DNA from: Candidatus Omnitrophota bacterium
GTDB lineage: Bacteria > Omnitrophota > Gorgyraeia > Gygaellales > Profunditerraquicolaceae
NCBI GenBank assembly: GCA_043823435.1
Contig: JBDRAV010000002.1
Coordinates: 61,755-125,754 of the forward strand
DNA length: 64,000 bases
Direction: 5' to 3'
The notes beneath the pieces are model-generated. The model saw only the letters and a list, made by a program, of their open reading frames with translations. It did no database searches and was not told the origin of the DNA. This document shows, piece by piece, positions 28,009 to 37,943 of the stretch. The translations under genes were made by a program, and so were the position numbers. The stretch's first letter is position 1. Every line of letters starts with the position of its first letter.

Positions 28009-29193
28009 ATGGAGAAACCTGATATCGACAAGCAGTTAGAGATTATCAAGCGCGGAGCAGTGGATATAATTTCCGAGAAGGAATTAAAAACCAAGCTGCA
28101 GGAGAGTATAAAGTCAAAGAGGCCGCTCAATATAAAGGCCGGGTTTGACCCTACCACAGCGGATATCCACCTTGGCCATACTGTTCTTTTGAGGAAACTG
28201 CGGCAGTTCCAGGACCTTGGCCACCGTGTCATCTTTTTAATCGGAGATTTTACTGCCCGTATCGGAGACCCGAGCGGACGGCAGGAGGCAAGAAAGCCCT
28301 TGACTAAAGAAGAGGCCATCGGGAACGCGGCTACTTATAAAAACCAGGTATCCAAAATACTCGATACGGATAATATACGCGTAGTATTTAACAGCGAATG
28401 GTTTGACAGTATGTCGGTATTGGAGATATTGAAACTGACTACGCATGCCACGGTCTCTCAAATGTTGGCGAGAAGCGATTTTAAAAAGAGATTATCCAAG
28501 GGCGATGAGGTCTCTCTTTTAGAGTTTATGTATCCGCTGCTGCAGGGTTATGATTCGGTAAAGTTAGAGGCAGATATCGAATTGGGCGGGACAGACCAGA
28601 TATTCAATCTTCTCGTGGGCAGGGATATGCAGAAGGACTTCGGACAACAGCAGCAGGCAGTCATAACCATGCCGCTTCTGGAAGGAACGGACGGCGTGCA
28701 AAAAATGAGCAAGTCTTACGGAAATTACATTGCCATTAACGACAGCCCGAAGGATATGTTCGGGAAGATCATGTCGATTTCCGATGAGATGATGTTGAAA
28801 TATTATACACTGCTTACTGATGAGGACTTGGAGGCCGTGAAGAAAATTCATCCCAAAGAAGCAAAGTCTAACCTCGCGGAGAATATCACCAGACAATACC
28901 ACGGCAGGGAAGCAGCGGAAAAAGCAAGACGGGAGTTTGAGGATGTTTTTAGCAAAGGAGAATTACCTGAAGAGCTGCCTGTTTATAAGTTGAAGAAAGA
29001 GGGTAGTTCTATAATCGATATCCTGCTGGATAGCGGCCTTACTTTATCCAGAAATGAGGCACGCCGCCTGATACAGCAGGGTGGCGTATCTTTAGACGGT
29101 AAACGCCTGGACAAAGAGGATACGTTCATCGATAAAGAAGGAACGTTGAAGGCGGGGAAGAGGCGCTTCCTGAGACTTATTAAAGAAAAATAG
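28009..29193 (+). CDS. tyrS: Tyrosine--tRNA ligase
   Basis: GFDPT, HLGH, YPLLQGYD, GGTDQ, KMSKS and an S4-like C-terminus. Start set at ATG 28009, downstream of GAGG. Confidence 0.97.
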   Translation: MEKPDIDKQLEIIKRGAVDIISEKELKTKLQESIKSKRPLNIKAGFDPTTADIHLGHTVLLRKLRQFQDLGHRVIFLIGDFTARIGDPSGRQEARKPLTKEEAIGNAATYKNQVSKILDTDNIRVVFNSEWFDSMSVLEILKLTTHATVSQMLARSDFKKRLSKGDEVSLLEFMYPLLQGYDSVKLEADIELGGTDQIFNLLVGRDMQKDFGQQQQAVITMPLLEGTDGVQKMSKSYGNYIAINDSPKDMFGKIMSISDEMMLKYYTLLTDEDLEAVKKIHPKEAKSNLAENITRQYHGREAAEKARREFEDVFSKGELPEELPVYKLKKEGSSIIDILLDSGLTLSRNEARRLIQQGGVSLDGKRLDKEDTFIDKEGTLKAGKRRFLRLIKEK

Positions 29194-29221
29194 CTGATTT
29201 CTAGGAGCCAGGCCAGACATA

Positions 29222-30475
29222 ATGATCAGGTATATAAAAAGAATAGATACATTTGGCAGGAACATAATCCTTGTTTTTCTGGGTTCATCATTAGTGAACG
29301 TATTTAATCTTCTTTTTCAGCTTTTGCTAGCCCACCGTATGTCCAGCGTAGATTTTGCCGGCTTTAGCTCCTTGCTTGCCATATTCACGCTTATATCCGC
29401 TCCGCTGATAACCCTGCAGACAGCGGTAACCAAATATACTGCCGAGTTCAGCGCCCAGAAAAATATCAGGAAGATCAGGGCTTTATTATCCAGTCTTCTT
29501 AGAATGATATTACCTCTTGCCCTTGTAACTTTCATCATCTTCTATTTTCTCTCTTTCGGTATCATGGACAGATTAAAGATCCCTTCCGTAATTGCGGGGT
29601 ATATTCTAGCCTTATTGATCACATCTTGCTGGATCACGCCGGTTTTGACAGGCGCATTGCAGGGCCTTGAATTATTCAAATGGCTGATGTTGCAGTCGGT
29701 AATCAGCGGGGCGGCTAAATTGGTATTCGGAGTTATATTTATCGGTATGGGTTTTAATATCGCGGGGGGGCTGGGCGCGTTCCTGGCGGCGATACTGATC
29801 GGGATACTCATTTCAGTTTTCCCCTTAAAAACCATGCTTTCATTCAGGAAGAAAGAGGAATCCGTAAATTTAAAAGAATTCTTTATCTATCTTGCTCCGG
29901 TAGCTACGGGCTCTTTTTGTTTTATCGCCCTGGTAAGTCTCGATATGGTATTGGTAAAATACCTTTTTACGCCGGTTGATGCGGGTTTTTATTCTCTGGC
30001 ACAAATAGTCGGAAAGATCTTTTTATTTTTCCCGGGAGCGATAACCATTGTAATGTTCCCCAGGACCGCAGGGTTAAAGGCAAAAAACATGTCTACCGGA
30101 TCCACCCTGATGAGGTCGCTTCTATACGCCTCTGTCTTATGCGTTATCGCGAATATCGCATATAATCTTTTCCCATCTTTTATCCTGAAGCTCCTTACCG
30201 GAAAAATATACGGGGAATCCGTTGCGCTGGGCAGACTCTTCGGGGTATCGATGAGCTTTTTTGCTCTCTCCTTTATTTTAATAAATTATTTTCTTTCGGT
30301 AAAAGACCTGCGTTTTATGAAATACCTGGTTCTATCCACGTTATTGGAGCCATTAGCTATAGTTTTGTTCCATAGAAATCTTATGTACGTGCAATTGATA
30401 CTCTGCGTGAATTCGGCTTTACTCTTTTTCACCCATTTATTACTGGCTTACAAAAGAGAGGCTGTCCCCGGATAA
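29222..30475 (+). CDS. Oligosaccharide flippase (Wzx/MOP family)
   Basis: Roughly 12 transmembrane helices; first gene of the glycan locus. Confidence 0.8.
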   Translation: MIRYIKRIDTFGRNIILVFLGSSLVNVFNLLFQLLLAHRMSSVDFAGFSSLLAIFTLISAPLITLQTAVTKYTAEFSAQKNIRKIRALLSSLLRMILPLALVTFIIFYFLSFGIMDRLKIPSVIAGYILALLITSCWITPVLTGALQGLELFKWLMLQSVISGAAKLVFGVIFIGMGFNIAGGLGAFLAAILIGILISVFPLKTMLSFRKKEESVNLKEFFIYLAPVATGSFCFIALVSLDMVLVKYLFTPVDAGFYSLAQIVGKIFLFFPGAITIVMFPRTAGLKAKNMSTGSTLMRSLLYASVLCVIANIAYNLFPSFILKLLTGKIYGESVALGRLFGVSMSFFALSFILINYFLSVKDLRFMKYLVLSTLLEPLAIVLFHRNLMYVQLILCVNSALLFFTHLLLAYKREAVPG

Positions 30476-30487
30476 AAGGTATAGGAC

Positions 30488-31270
30488 ATGAAAGAAAAGA
30501 TATCTATAGTTATGCCGGCATACAACGAGGGGGGACATATTATATCCAGCATAGAGGAGACGGTAGGAGCATTTAACGGTTTCGGTTATCCCTGGGAGCT
30601 CGTCGTGATGGATGACGGGTCAACGGACGATACTTATGAAAAAGCGAACTCCCTGGCCTCAAAGTATCCTCAGCTTGTAGTCAAAAGGAACCCCGTGAAT
30701 ACCGGTAAAGGCAGAGCGATCAAGAAAGCCCTGCATTATATCACCGGAGATTATACCCTCTTTTTAGATGCGGATATGGACCTGCATCCTGTCCAGGTCC
30801 AGACTCTCTTTGATATCATGGGCCTGGATAAAGCGGATATAGTCATTGGTTCCAAGCTGCATCCGAATTCTAGGGTGAATTATCCCCTACAGCGTAAGGT
30901 AATTAGTTTCTTGTATTATTTACTGGTAAAGATCCTCTTTAACCTGCCGTGTCACGATACGCAGACAGGACTAAAGTTATTTAAGACCGAAGTATTAAGG
31001 AATGTGTTGCCCCGGGTCTTGGTAAAAAAGTTCGCCTTTGATTTAGAAGTTTTGGTAAACGCGCATCATTTAGGATACAAGATTGTGGAAGCGCCTATAA
31101 TCCTGAAGCCTCAGAGGTCTTACGGCCGTATCGGGCCTACAGCGCTTATCGCTACGGGGTGGGACACCCTGGCAATATTTTACAGGATGCATATAGCGAA
31201 ATATTATGACCGTATCGATTATCATCGCCGTAAAAACCTGGCAAAAGAATTTAGAAGAGTGCGTCGCTAA
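30488..31270 (+). CDS. Glycosyltransferase family 2 (polyprenol-phosphate glycosyltransferase-like)
   Basis: MPAYNE, DDGSTD, GKG, DADMD and DTQTGLK. Confidence 0.9.
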   Translation: MKEKISIVMPAYNEGGHIISSIEETVGAFNGFGYPWELVVMDDGSTDDTYEKANSLASKYPQLVVKRNPVNTGKGRAIKKALHYITGDYTLFLDADMDLHPVQVQTLFDIMGLDKADIVIGSKLHPNSRVNYPLQRKVISFLYYLLVKILFNLPCHDTQTGLKLFKTEVLRNVLPRVLVKKFAFDLEVLVNAHHLGYKIVEAPIILKPQRSYGRIGPTALIATGWDTLAIFYRMHIAKYYDRIDYHRRKNLAKEFRRVRR

Positions 31271-32198
31271 ATGCCGGGAACTGGATTATCCTGATTTTGA
31301 GATCATCGTCTTACCGGATACCGAAAAGGGACTGTCCCCGCAGATGCTGAACCAATTAGAAGCCAAGGGGACTGTCCCTATAAAGGTTATCGCCACTGGT
31401 CCAGTAAGCCCGGCGAAAAAGAGGGATATGGCCGTTAGTTATGCCAAAGGGGAGATACTCGCGTTTATCGATGATGATGCTTATCCCGGGGAGGACTGGC
31501 TTAAAAACGCAATCGTTAATTTCAACGACCCGGAAACGGCGGTTGTGGGCGGCCCTGCGATAACGCCGGTAAGCGACAGCCTGAGGCAGAAAGCCAGCGG
31601 TATGGTCTATTCATCAATTCTGGTCAGCGGGGAATACGTTTATAGATATATACCCGGAAGGAGAAAGGAAGTGGACGATTACCCCAGCTCTAATTTCTTG
31701 GTCCGTAAGTCAACGATGCAGCAATTGGGGGGTTTTAACACAAATTTCTGGCCGGGAGAGGACACAAAATTATGCCTTGAGATAACCAGGGAACTGGGCA
31801 AGAAGATAATTTACGACCCGCAGGCCGTCGTTTACCACCACCGCCGGCCTTTATTCCTGGCACACGCAAGGCAGATAGCCAGCTACGCGCTTCACCGCGG
31901 ATATTTTGTCAAACGCTACCCCGGGACCTCCCTGAGACCGGCTTATTTTATCCCGACATTATTTTTATTCGGCATATTCCTGGGAGCGGCTTTATCGGTA
32001 TTCTTTGCTCCTTTCAGGATAGACTATATCCTGGGATTGATTTTATATCTTTCCCTTGTTTTGCTATCCAGTATCCCCAGAGGCTTACGTTTCATCCCGT
32101 ACGTATTCTGCGGAATAGTTTTGACCCATATCACTTACGGTCTATATTTCTTAAAAGGATTGATCTCGGGTAAACTCAAAGAAGAGGAAAGGGCATGA
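31206..32198 (+). CDS. Glycosyltransferase family 2 with an in-frame repeat insertion
   Basis: AFIDDDAYP, WPGEDT and C-terminal transmembrane helices. Confidence 0.88.
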   Translation: MTVSIIIAVKTWQKNLEECVAKCRELDYPDFEIIVLPDTEKGLSPQMLNQLEAKGTVPIKVIATGPVSPAKKRDMAVSYAKGEILAFIDDDAYPGEDWLKNAIVNFNDPETAVVGGPAITPVSDSLRQKASGMVYSSILVSGEYVYRYIPGRRKEVDDYPSSNFLVRKSTMQQLGGFNTNFWPGEDTKLCLEITRELGKKIIYDPQAVVYHHRRPLFLAHARQIASYALHRGYFVKRYPGTSLRPAYFIPTLFLFGIFLGAALSVFFAPFRIDYILGLILYLSLVLLSSIPRGLRFIPYVFCGIVLTHITYGLYFLKGLISGKLKEEERA

Positions 32199-33769
32199 AG
32201 GTAATTATCTCTTATCCGCCTTTAAACAGCAGCGACGGCTATCCTACCCTGGGGCAGAACCGCCAGTTCCAATTCTTTAAAGAGCCGACCTACATATATC
32301 CGGTCATCCCCGCAACCGCGGCCACTCTCCTTGAGGGCGCAGGGCATCAGGTTATCTGGAATGATTGTATCGCGCAGGGATGGGATTACGGGCAGTTCCT
32401 TGAATTTATAAAAACAGAGAAACCGGAGTTGATCGCTTTTGAAACAAAGACTCCGGTAGTCAAGCAGCACTGGAAAATAATTAATGATATAAAGGGACTG
32501 TTCCCCACAGGAGGTGGAGTACCAAACCATCAGATAGGTTTGGGTGCCTACGCAGAAACCAAAGGGACTCTTCCTGTGGTTGTCCTCTTCGGCGACCACG
32601 TGACCGCCCTACCCGAGGAATCATTTCAGAACAGCCTGGTTGATTTTGTGCTTACCGGCGGCGATTACGATTTTCTTTTATTGAATTTATGTAACTTTCT
32701 TGCTATGAAGGGTCTGTCCCCGAAGGGGACTGACCCTGAAGTTAGAACCAAGAGGACTGTCCCTGTAGATATTGAACTCGAACCGGGAATCTATTACCGC
32801 GAGAACGGCCAGATTAAAAATACGGGCGTTTTCCAACTTGGCCATGACCTGGATTCTCTGCCGTTTATCGACCGTAACCTTACAGACTGGCAATCTTACG
32901 CCTACAAAAACGGAAACTACAAACGGACTCCAGGCACATATATTATGAGCGGCAGGGATTGCTGGTGGGGGAGTTGTACTTTCTGTTCCTGGCCGCAGTT
33001 GTATCCACGGTTTAGAAGGCGCAACACAGAAAATGTCCTGGAGGAGATCGGGCGGCTGATCCAGGAATGCGGAGTTCGCGAGATAATGGATGACACGGGT
33101 ACGTTTCCCGCGGGCGAATGGTTAAGGGATTTCTGCTGCGGGATGATTAAGCGCGGTTATAATAAGAAAATATTTTTTGACTGCAATATGCGTTTCGGCG
33201 CATTATCCGCAGAAGACTTCTCTTTGATGAAAAAGGCAAATTTCCGTTTACTCCTCTTTGGCCTTGAATCAGCTAATCAAAATACTCTCGATAGGCTCAA
33301 AAAAAACCTGAAAGCGGAGAAGATCGTAGAAGACTGTCGTCTGGCTACTAAAGCAGGATTATACCCGCATATTACAATTATGTTCGGCTACCCTTGGGAA
33401 ACCTATGATGATGCGCTGAAGACGGTCAAGCTGGGTAGGTGGTTGTTGAGGAAGGGGTATGCCTATACCATGCAGGCGACAGTAGCCATACCATACCCGG
33501 GCACCCAGCTTTTTGATGAGTGTAGGCGTGAGGGGCTGCTCAATACCCTGGATTGGGATGACTATGATATGAAATTACCGGTGATGAAGACACGGATCGG
33601 GGATGATAAGATCATGGATCTGGTCCAGAGCATGTACAGGGCATCTTTTCATCCGGAATTTATATTGAGAAAGATCTTGTCCTTAAGAGATATAGATGAC
33701 CTGAAATATTATTTGCGCGCAGCAAAAAAAGTGGCCGGCCATATCTTTGACTTTAAACATAAAACTTAG
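32195..33769 (+). CDS. B12-binding-domain radical SAM protein with two in-frame repeat insertions
   Basis: CWWGSCTFC (CxxxxCxxC variant), FGLES and an N-terminal cobalamin-binding-like domain. Confidence 0.85.
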   Translation: MKVIISYPPLNSSDGYPTLGQNRQFQFFKEPTYIYPVIPATAATLLEGAGHQVIWNDCIAQGWDYGQFLEFIKTEKPELIAFETKTPVVKQHWKIINDIKGLFPTGGGVPNHQIGLGAYAETKGTLPVVVLFGDHVTALPEESFQNSLVDFVLTGGDYDFLLLNLCNFLAMKGLSPKGTDPEVRTKRTVPVDIELEPGIYYRENGQIKNTGVFQLGHDLDSLPFIDRNLTDWQSYAYKNGNYKRTPGTYIMSGRDCWWGSCTFCSWPQLYPRFRRRNTENVLEEIGRLIQECGVREIMDDTGTFPAGEWLRDFCCGMIKRGYNKKIFFDCNMRFGALSAEDFSLMKKANFRLLLFGLESANQNTLDRLKKNLKAEKIVEDCRLATKAGLYPHITIMFGYPWETYDDALKTVKLGRWLLRKGYAYTMQATVAIPYPGTQLFDECRREGLLNTLDWDDYDMKLPVMKTRIGDDKIMDLVQSMYRASFHPEFILRKILSLRDIDDLKYYLRAAKKVAGHIFDFKHKT

Positions 33770-34030
33770 ATGTCCTGGAGAATAATCGGATTAGCGGCGG
33801 CTACATTAACCATGTTTTCATTTATCCCGCAGATAGTGAAAGTCTCAAAGAACAAGTCTGCCAGGGACGTGAGTCTGGTTACGCTGCTTCAGTTATCTCT
33901 GGGGGTGTCGCTCTGGATCATCTACGGAGTGTACCTGAAAGATACGATTATCATCGGAGCCAATACCATAACACTGTTGAGCCTTATTGTATTATTATAC
34001 CTTTATTTTAATTACAGAACGAAAGAATAA
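33770..34030 (+). CDS. SemiSWEET (PQ-loop) sugar transporter
   Basis: 86 aa, three transmembrane helices, FIPQ, SARDVS, LWIIYG and N motif. Confidence 0.88.
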   Translation: MSWRIIGLAAATLTMFSFIPQIVKVSKNKSARDVSLVTLLQLSLGVSLWIIYGVYLKDTIIIGANTITLLSLIVLLYLYFNYRTKE

Positions 34031-34035
34031 TTTAT

Positions 34036-35025
34036 ATGGCGCTACCCGCTATAAGCATTATCATACCAACCTTAAACTCGGAACGCACGCTTCGGGAGTG
34101 CCTCAACAGCATAAGAGAACAGGCTTATCCTCAAGGAGAGCTTGAGATAATCATTATTGACGGCGGTTCCCTGGACTCTACTTTGGAGATCGCGCAAAGT
34201 CTCGGGGCTACGGTTATAAAGGAGCCCGGCAGGAAGGATAACCCCGAGGCAAGAAAGGCTATAGGTTTAAGTAAGGCATCTAATAAGTTCGTGGCTTTTA
34301 TTGACTCTGACAATATCCTTCCGCATAAAGATTGGCTGAAGGCGATGGTTGAGCCGCTGGTAAATAACGACAGGATCGTTGGCAGTCAGCCATTGCGTTA
34401 CCAGTATGATAAAAAAATGACCCTCCTGAATAGATATTTTGCGCTTTTCGGAGTAAATGACCCAATCGCTTATTATTTCAATAAACGCGACAGGCTCTCC
34501 TGGGCGGAGGATGGCTGGCGCATGATGGGGGAAGCCAGGGATAGGGGCGGTTATTATTCAGTAAGATTCACCAAAGATATGTTGCCGACCCTGGGGGCTA
34601 ATGGTTTTCTGGCGAGAAAAGATATTCTGCTTAAGGCCAAGGTGGCACCGGATGAATTTTTCCACATAGACGTGAATTACGACCTGGTAAGCCAGGGTTA
34701 TGACGAATACGCCATAATCAAAGACACCATAATTCATCTTAGCGCAGATAACTTCTTCAGCTTTCTCAAGAAAAGGATGGAGTTCATGCGGCGTTACCAC
34801 CAGCGTGATTACGGCTTACGGCGTTACAGGCTCTATGAGCCGAAGGATAAATATAAACTCATTGTTTTTATTTTATTCAGCCTGACTTTTGTAAAACCCC
34901 TATATGACAGCGTAAGGGGGTTTATAAAGATACCGGATATCGCCTGGTTTCTGCACCCGATTATGTGTTTTTCCATAGTTGCGGTCTACGGCTGGGCGAT
35001 AATAAAGGGGCTTATAATAAGATGA
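34036..35025 (+). CDS. Glycosyltransferase family 2
   Basis: IPTLNSE, IDGGSLD and FIDSD. Confidence 0.88.
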   Translation: MALPAISIIIPTLNSERTLRECLNSIREQAYPQGELEIIIIDGGSLDSTLEIAQSLGATVIKEPGRKDNPEARKAIGLSKASNKFVAFIDSDNILPHKDWLKAMVEPLVNNDRIVGSQPLRYQYDKKMTLLNRYFALFGVNDPIAYYFNKRDRLSWAEDGWRMMGEARDRGGYYSVRFTKDMLPTLGANGFLARKDILLKAKVAPDEFFHIDVNYDLVSQGYDEYAIIKDTIIHLSADNFFSFLKKRMEFMRRYHQRDYGLRRYRLYEPKDKYKLIVFILFSLTFVKPLYDSVRGFIKIPDIAWFLHPIMCFSIVAVYGWAIIKGLIIR

Positions 35026-36155
35026 GATCCGTGCTGATCATCACACCGTCTTTTCTCCCCGAGATCGGAGGCGTTGAGACGCGTTTCAACGATATATGCA
35101 ATGAACTGGATAAGAGGGGGTATATCGTTACTGTCTTGACCTACCAGCCCCTTATAACGTCTGCAAAAGGTTTGCCGATAGAAAAGAAGGGCAACATTAC
35201 CATATACAGGACTCCATGGATAGGATTTGATCTATTCCATAAATTAAAGCCTTATCCTATCCTGCAGGCGCTTTATCTATGTCCTGCGTTACTATTAAGG
35301 TCCCTGATATTCATGATAAAGAAACGCACCGCGATAAATGTCATACATACGGCGGGATTCAGTTCCGCATTGATCGGAAGGGTGCTTAAGGGAGTTTTTA
35401 AAAAGCGTTGGATAGTGAGCACCCATGCCATATATGATTTAAAACCCGGTTTTACCAGCAGGATGATCCGGTGGATATTGTCCGGGGCGGATGTCATCCT
35501 GACACTTTCAGAGCCTTCCAGGCAGGAGTTAATCAGGATAGGGATATCCTCCGATAAACTGATAAACCAGATAACCTGGGTCAACCAGGACCTCTTTAAA
35601 CCTTTGGATAAGGAGACATGTAAAAGAATGGTGCCGCACAAAAACAACTTTATAGTTTTGTTTGTAGGGCGCCTCTTCGAGATAAAGGGGATCAGGGATT
35701 TAGTCAGCATAGCAAGAGATACGCCATCTATTGATTATCTTTTTATAGGAGACGGCCCGTTAGCCGCCTTTTTAAAAAAAGAAGAGGGGATAGCAAAGAA
35801 CATATATTTTCTTTCCCGCGTGGAGAATGAGGAGCTTCCATTATATTATAATGCCGCTGATGCCGTAGTGATGCCTTCCCAGTATAAAGAAGGTTTGGGC
35901 AGGGTAGTGGTGGAAGCGTTATATTGCGGTACTCCGGTTATCGCCTCTAATTTAGGAGGTCTGGCATATCTTTTGGATAGCAGCGTATCAATAATGATAG
36001 AACCGGACCGGGAGAATATAAAATCGGCGATCACGGACTTATATGAACACCCTAAGAAATTGTCCCGGTTGCGCGATAATTGTCGGGAATTCGCCCTGAG
36101 GAAATTCGGATTACAGAACTTTGAAGTAATAGCCAATGCCTATAATTTAAACTGA
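35022..36155 (+). CDS. Glycosyltransferase family 4
   Basis: GGVET, FVGRL...KG and EGLGRVVVEA; ATGA overlap with the upstream gene. Confidence 0.9.
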   Translation: MRSVLIITPSFLPEIGGVETRFNDICNELDKRGYIVTVLTYQPLITSAKGLPIEKKGNITIYRTPWIGFDLFHKLKPYPILQALYLCPALLLRSLIFMIKKRTAINVIHTAGFSSALIGRVLKGVFKKRWIVSTHAIYDLKPGFTSRMIRWILSGADVILTLSEPSRQELIRIGISSDKLINQITWVNQDLFKPLDKETCKRMVPHKNNFIVLFVGRLFEIKGIRDLVSIARDTPSIDYLFIGDGPLAAFLKKEEGIAKNIYFLSRVENEELPLYYNAADAVVMPSQYKEGLGRVVVEALYCGTPVIASNLGGLAYLLDSSVSIMIEPDRENIKSAITDLYEHPKKLSRLRDNCREFALRKFGLQNFEVIANAYNLN

Positions 36156-36156
36156 T

Positions 36157-37941
36157 ATGTGCGGTATAGCTGGGATTGTCTGCAAAAAAGAGAAGTTCGA
36201 TTTAGAAACCCAAATTAAGGAGATGGCCTCTATCCTTAAGAACCGCGGCCCGGATGGAGAAGGCTTTCTGTTGGATAAAAGCGAAGGCGTTTACCTCGGT
36301 CACCGGCGCCTGAGCATTATCGATCTTTCCGAAAGGGCTAACCAGCCGTTATTTAACGAGGATAAGAGCCTGGCACTTGTTTTTAACGGTGAGATATACA
36401 ACTATATAGAGCTGCGCGATGAGTTGATTGCCGGGGGGCATAAATTTATTTCTTCAACCGACTCCGAAGTATTATTGCATGGCTGGGAGGAGTGGGGCTT
36501 ATCACTTTTTGAGAAGATTAACGGGATGTTCGCTTTCTGTATTTACGACCGCGTAAAAAAGGAGATGATCCTGGCGCGGGATAATATCGGCATAAAGCCC
36601 CTGTATTACTTGGATTCCCCGGGCATATTCGCATTTGCTTCGGAATCAAGGGCGTTTTATCCTTTGCGGGGGAGATTCTGGAAGCCCGGGATAAACGACA
36701 ATATCCTCCGTCAGATGCTCTTATTCCAGTATGTGATAGATAAGGAGGAGACGTTGTATGCCCAAGTGAAAAAACTGCCTGCCGGGCACTACTTGTATTA
36801 TAAAGAAGATGCGGCTGAAGTTAAGCCGTATTGGACGGTCAGGGTGAACCCCGGTTATTCAAGGCTTAAATTTGAAGAGGCGGTTAGGGAGTGCGACGAG
36901 CAGTTTAACCGAAGCATAAAATGGCAGTTAAGATCCGATGTACCCGTAGGTATCTTATTATCCGGAGGGCTGGATTCTTCCCTGGTTACTGCAGTAGCCA
37001 CCAGGCACGCCCGGCAGGTTAATACCTTTACCGCTACCTTTGACCACAAGCTGGATGAACGCAGTTATGCCAAGAGGTGCTCTGAATACCTCGGCACAAA
37101 CCACGCGGAATTTAATATCGACCCTTTAAGCATCAATAACCGTATTGAAGAGATCATCAAATATTATGATGATCTTTCTTCGTTTGACGGTGGCGTTTTC
37201 ACTATATACCTTATGGCGGAGAAGATCAGGGAGTTCAACATAAAAGTCTTACTTGTAGGCGAAGGCTCGGATGAGTTATTCGGAGGGTATTCGTGGTTCG
37301 GTCTCTCCCAGGCGCCTTTCAGGTATATGCCGGGCATATTAAGGAGCGCGGCTTACCATTATGCGGTATCACGGCAATTCTCGGGGTGGAAGAATATAAA
37401 ACACAGCCTGTATATGCATAAGATAATTTCCGCTTTCCGTGAAAAGGATATCTTCAGGCAGGTGTCGCGTTTTGAAATTGAGCACCAGTTGCCGAACCAT
37501 TTCTTGATGAAGGTTGACCACGGGACTATGGCGCATTCTCTGGAAGCAAGGGTTCCGTATCTGGATAAAGAACTGGTAGGGCTAGCCTTCAGCCTGCCGG
37601 GAGAATTTAAATTAAAAGGAAGTTTTTTTAATTTTAATAAGAATAACGAAAAGTTTATCTTAAGGGAGGTAGCAAGAAAATACCTGCCGCCGGATATATA
37701 TGGGAGAAAAAAGAGAGGATTTTCCATCCCGATAGAGCTGGTGTTAAAGAGTAACCGGGATAAGGTGAGAGATTATCTGATTTCTTCCGGCAGCATCGCG
37801 CGCACTTTCTATTCACATAAGGAAATCGATGGCCTATTTACTTTTAAAAATAGACTGTATTCTCCGGTGCATAAGCAGAAGGAATTTATTCTATGGCGAT
37901 TATTTCTGCTGGATGTCTGGAAGCGTAACTATTTAAATTAA
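36157..37941 (+). CDS. Asparagine synthase-like glutamine amidotransferase (glycan amidation)
   Basis: N-terminal MCGI, RGPD, HRRLSIID, NGEIYN and LSGGLDSS. Confidence 0.92.
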   Translation: MCGIAGIVCKKEKFDLETQIKEMASILKNRGPDGEGFLLDKSEGVYLGHRRLSIIDLSERANQPLFNEDKSLALVFNGEIYNYIELRDELIAGGHKFISSTDSEVLLHGWEEWGLSLFEKINGMFAFCIYDRVKKEMILARDNIGIKPLYYLDSPGIFAFASESRAFYPLRGRFWKPGINDNILRQMLLFQYVIDKEETLYAQVKKLPAGHYLYYKEDAAEVKPYWTVRVNPGYSRLKFEEAVRECDEQFNRSIKWQLRSDVPVGILLSGGLDSSLVTAVATRHARQVNTFTATFDHKLDERSYAKRCSEYLGTNHAEFNIDPLSINNRIEEIIKYYDDLSSFDGGVFTIYLMAEKIREFNIKVLLVGEGSDELFGGYSWFGLSQAPFRYMPGILRSAAYHYAVSRQFSGWKNIKHSLYMHKIISAFREKDIFRQVSRFEIEHQLPNHFLMKVDHGTMAHSLEARVPYLDKELVGLAFSLPGEFKLKGSFFNFNKNNEKFILREVARKYLPPDIYGRKKRGFSIPIELVLKSNRDKVRDYLISSGSIARTFYSHKEIDGLFTFKNRLYSPVHKQKEFILWRLFLLDVWKRNYLN

Positions 37942-37943
37942 TC

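Noticed and set aside
27924-28319. Minus-strand ORF ending in LPAGRQG
   Set aside because: It is antisense to tyrS, and the peptide is simply the translation of the palindromic repeat.
31206-31270. 65-bp overlap of two GT2 genes as a possible frameshifted fusion
   Set aside because: Both ORFs have complete GT2 N-termini; stop-codon drift explains the overlap and no slippery site is evident.
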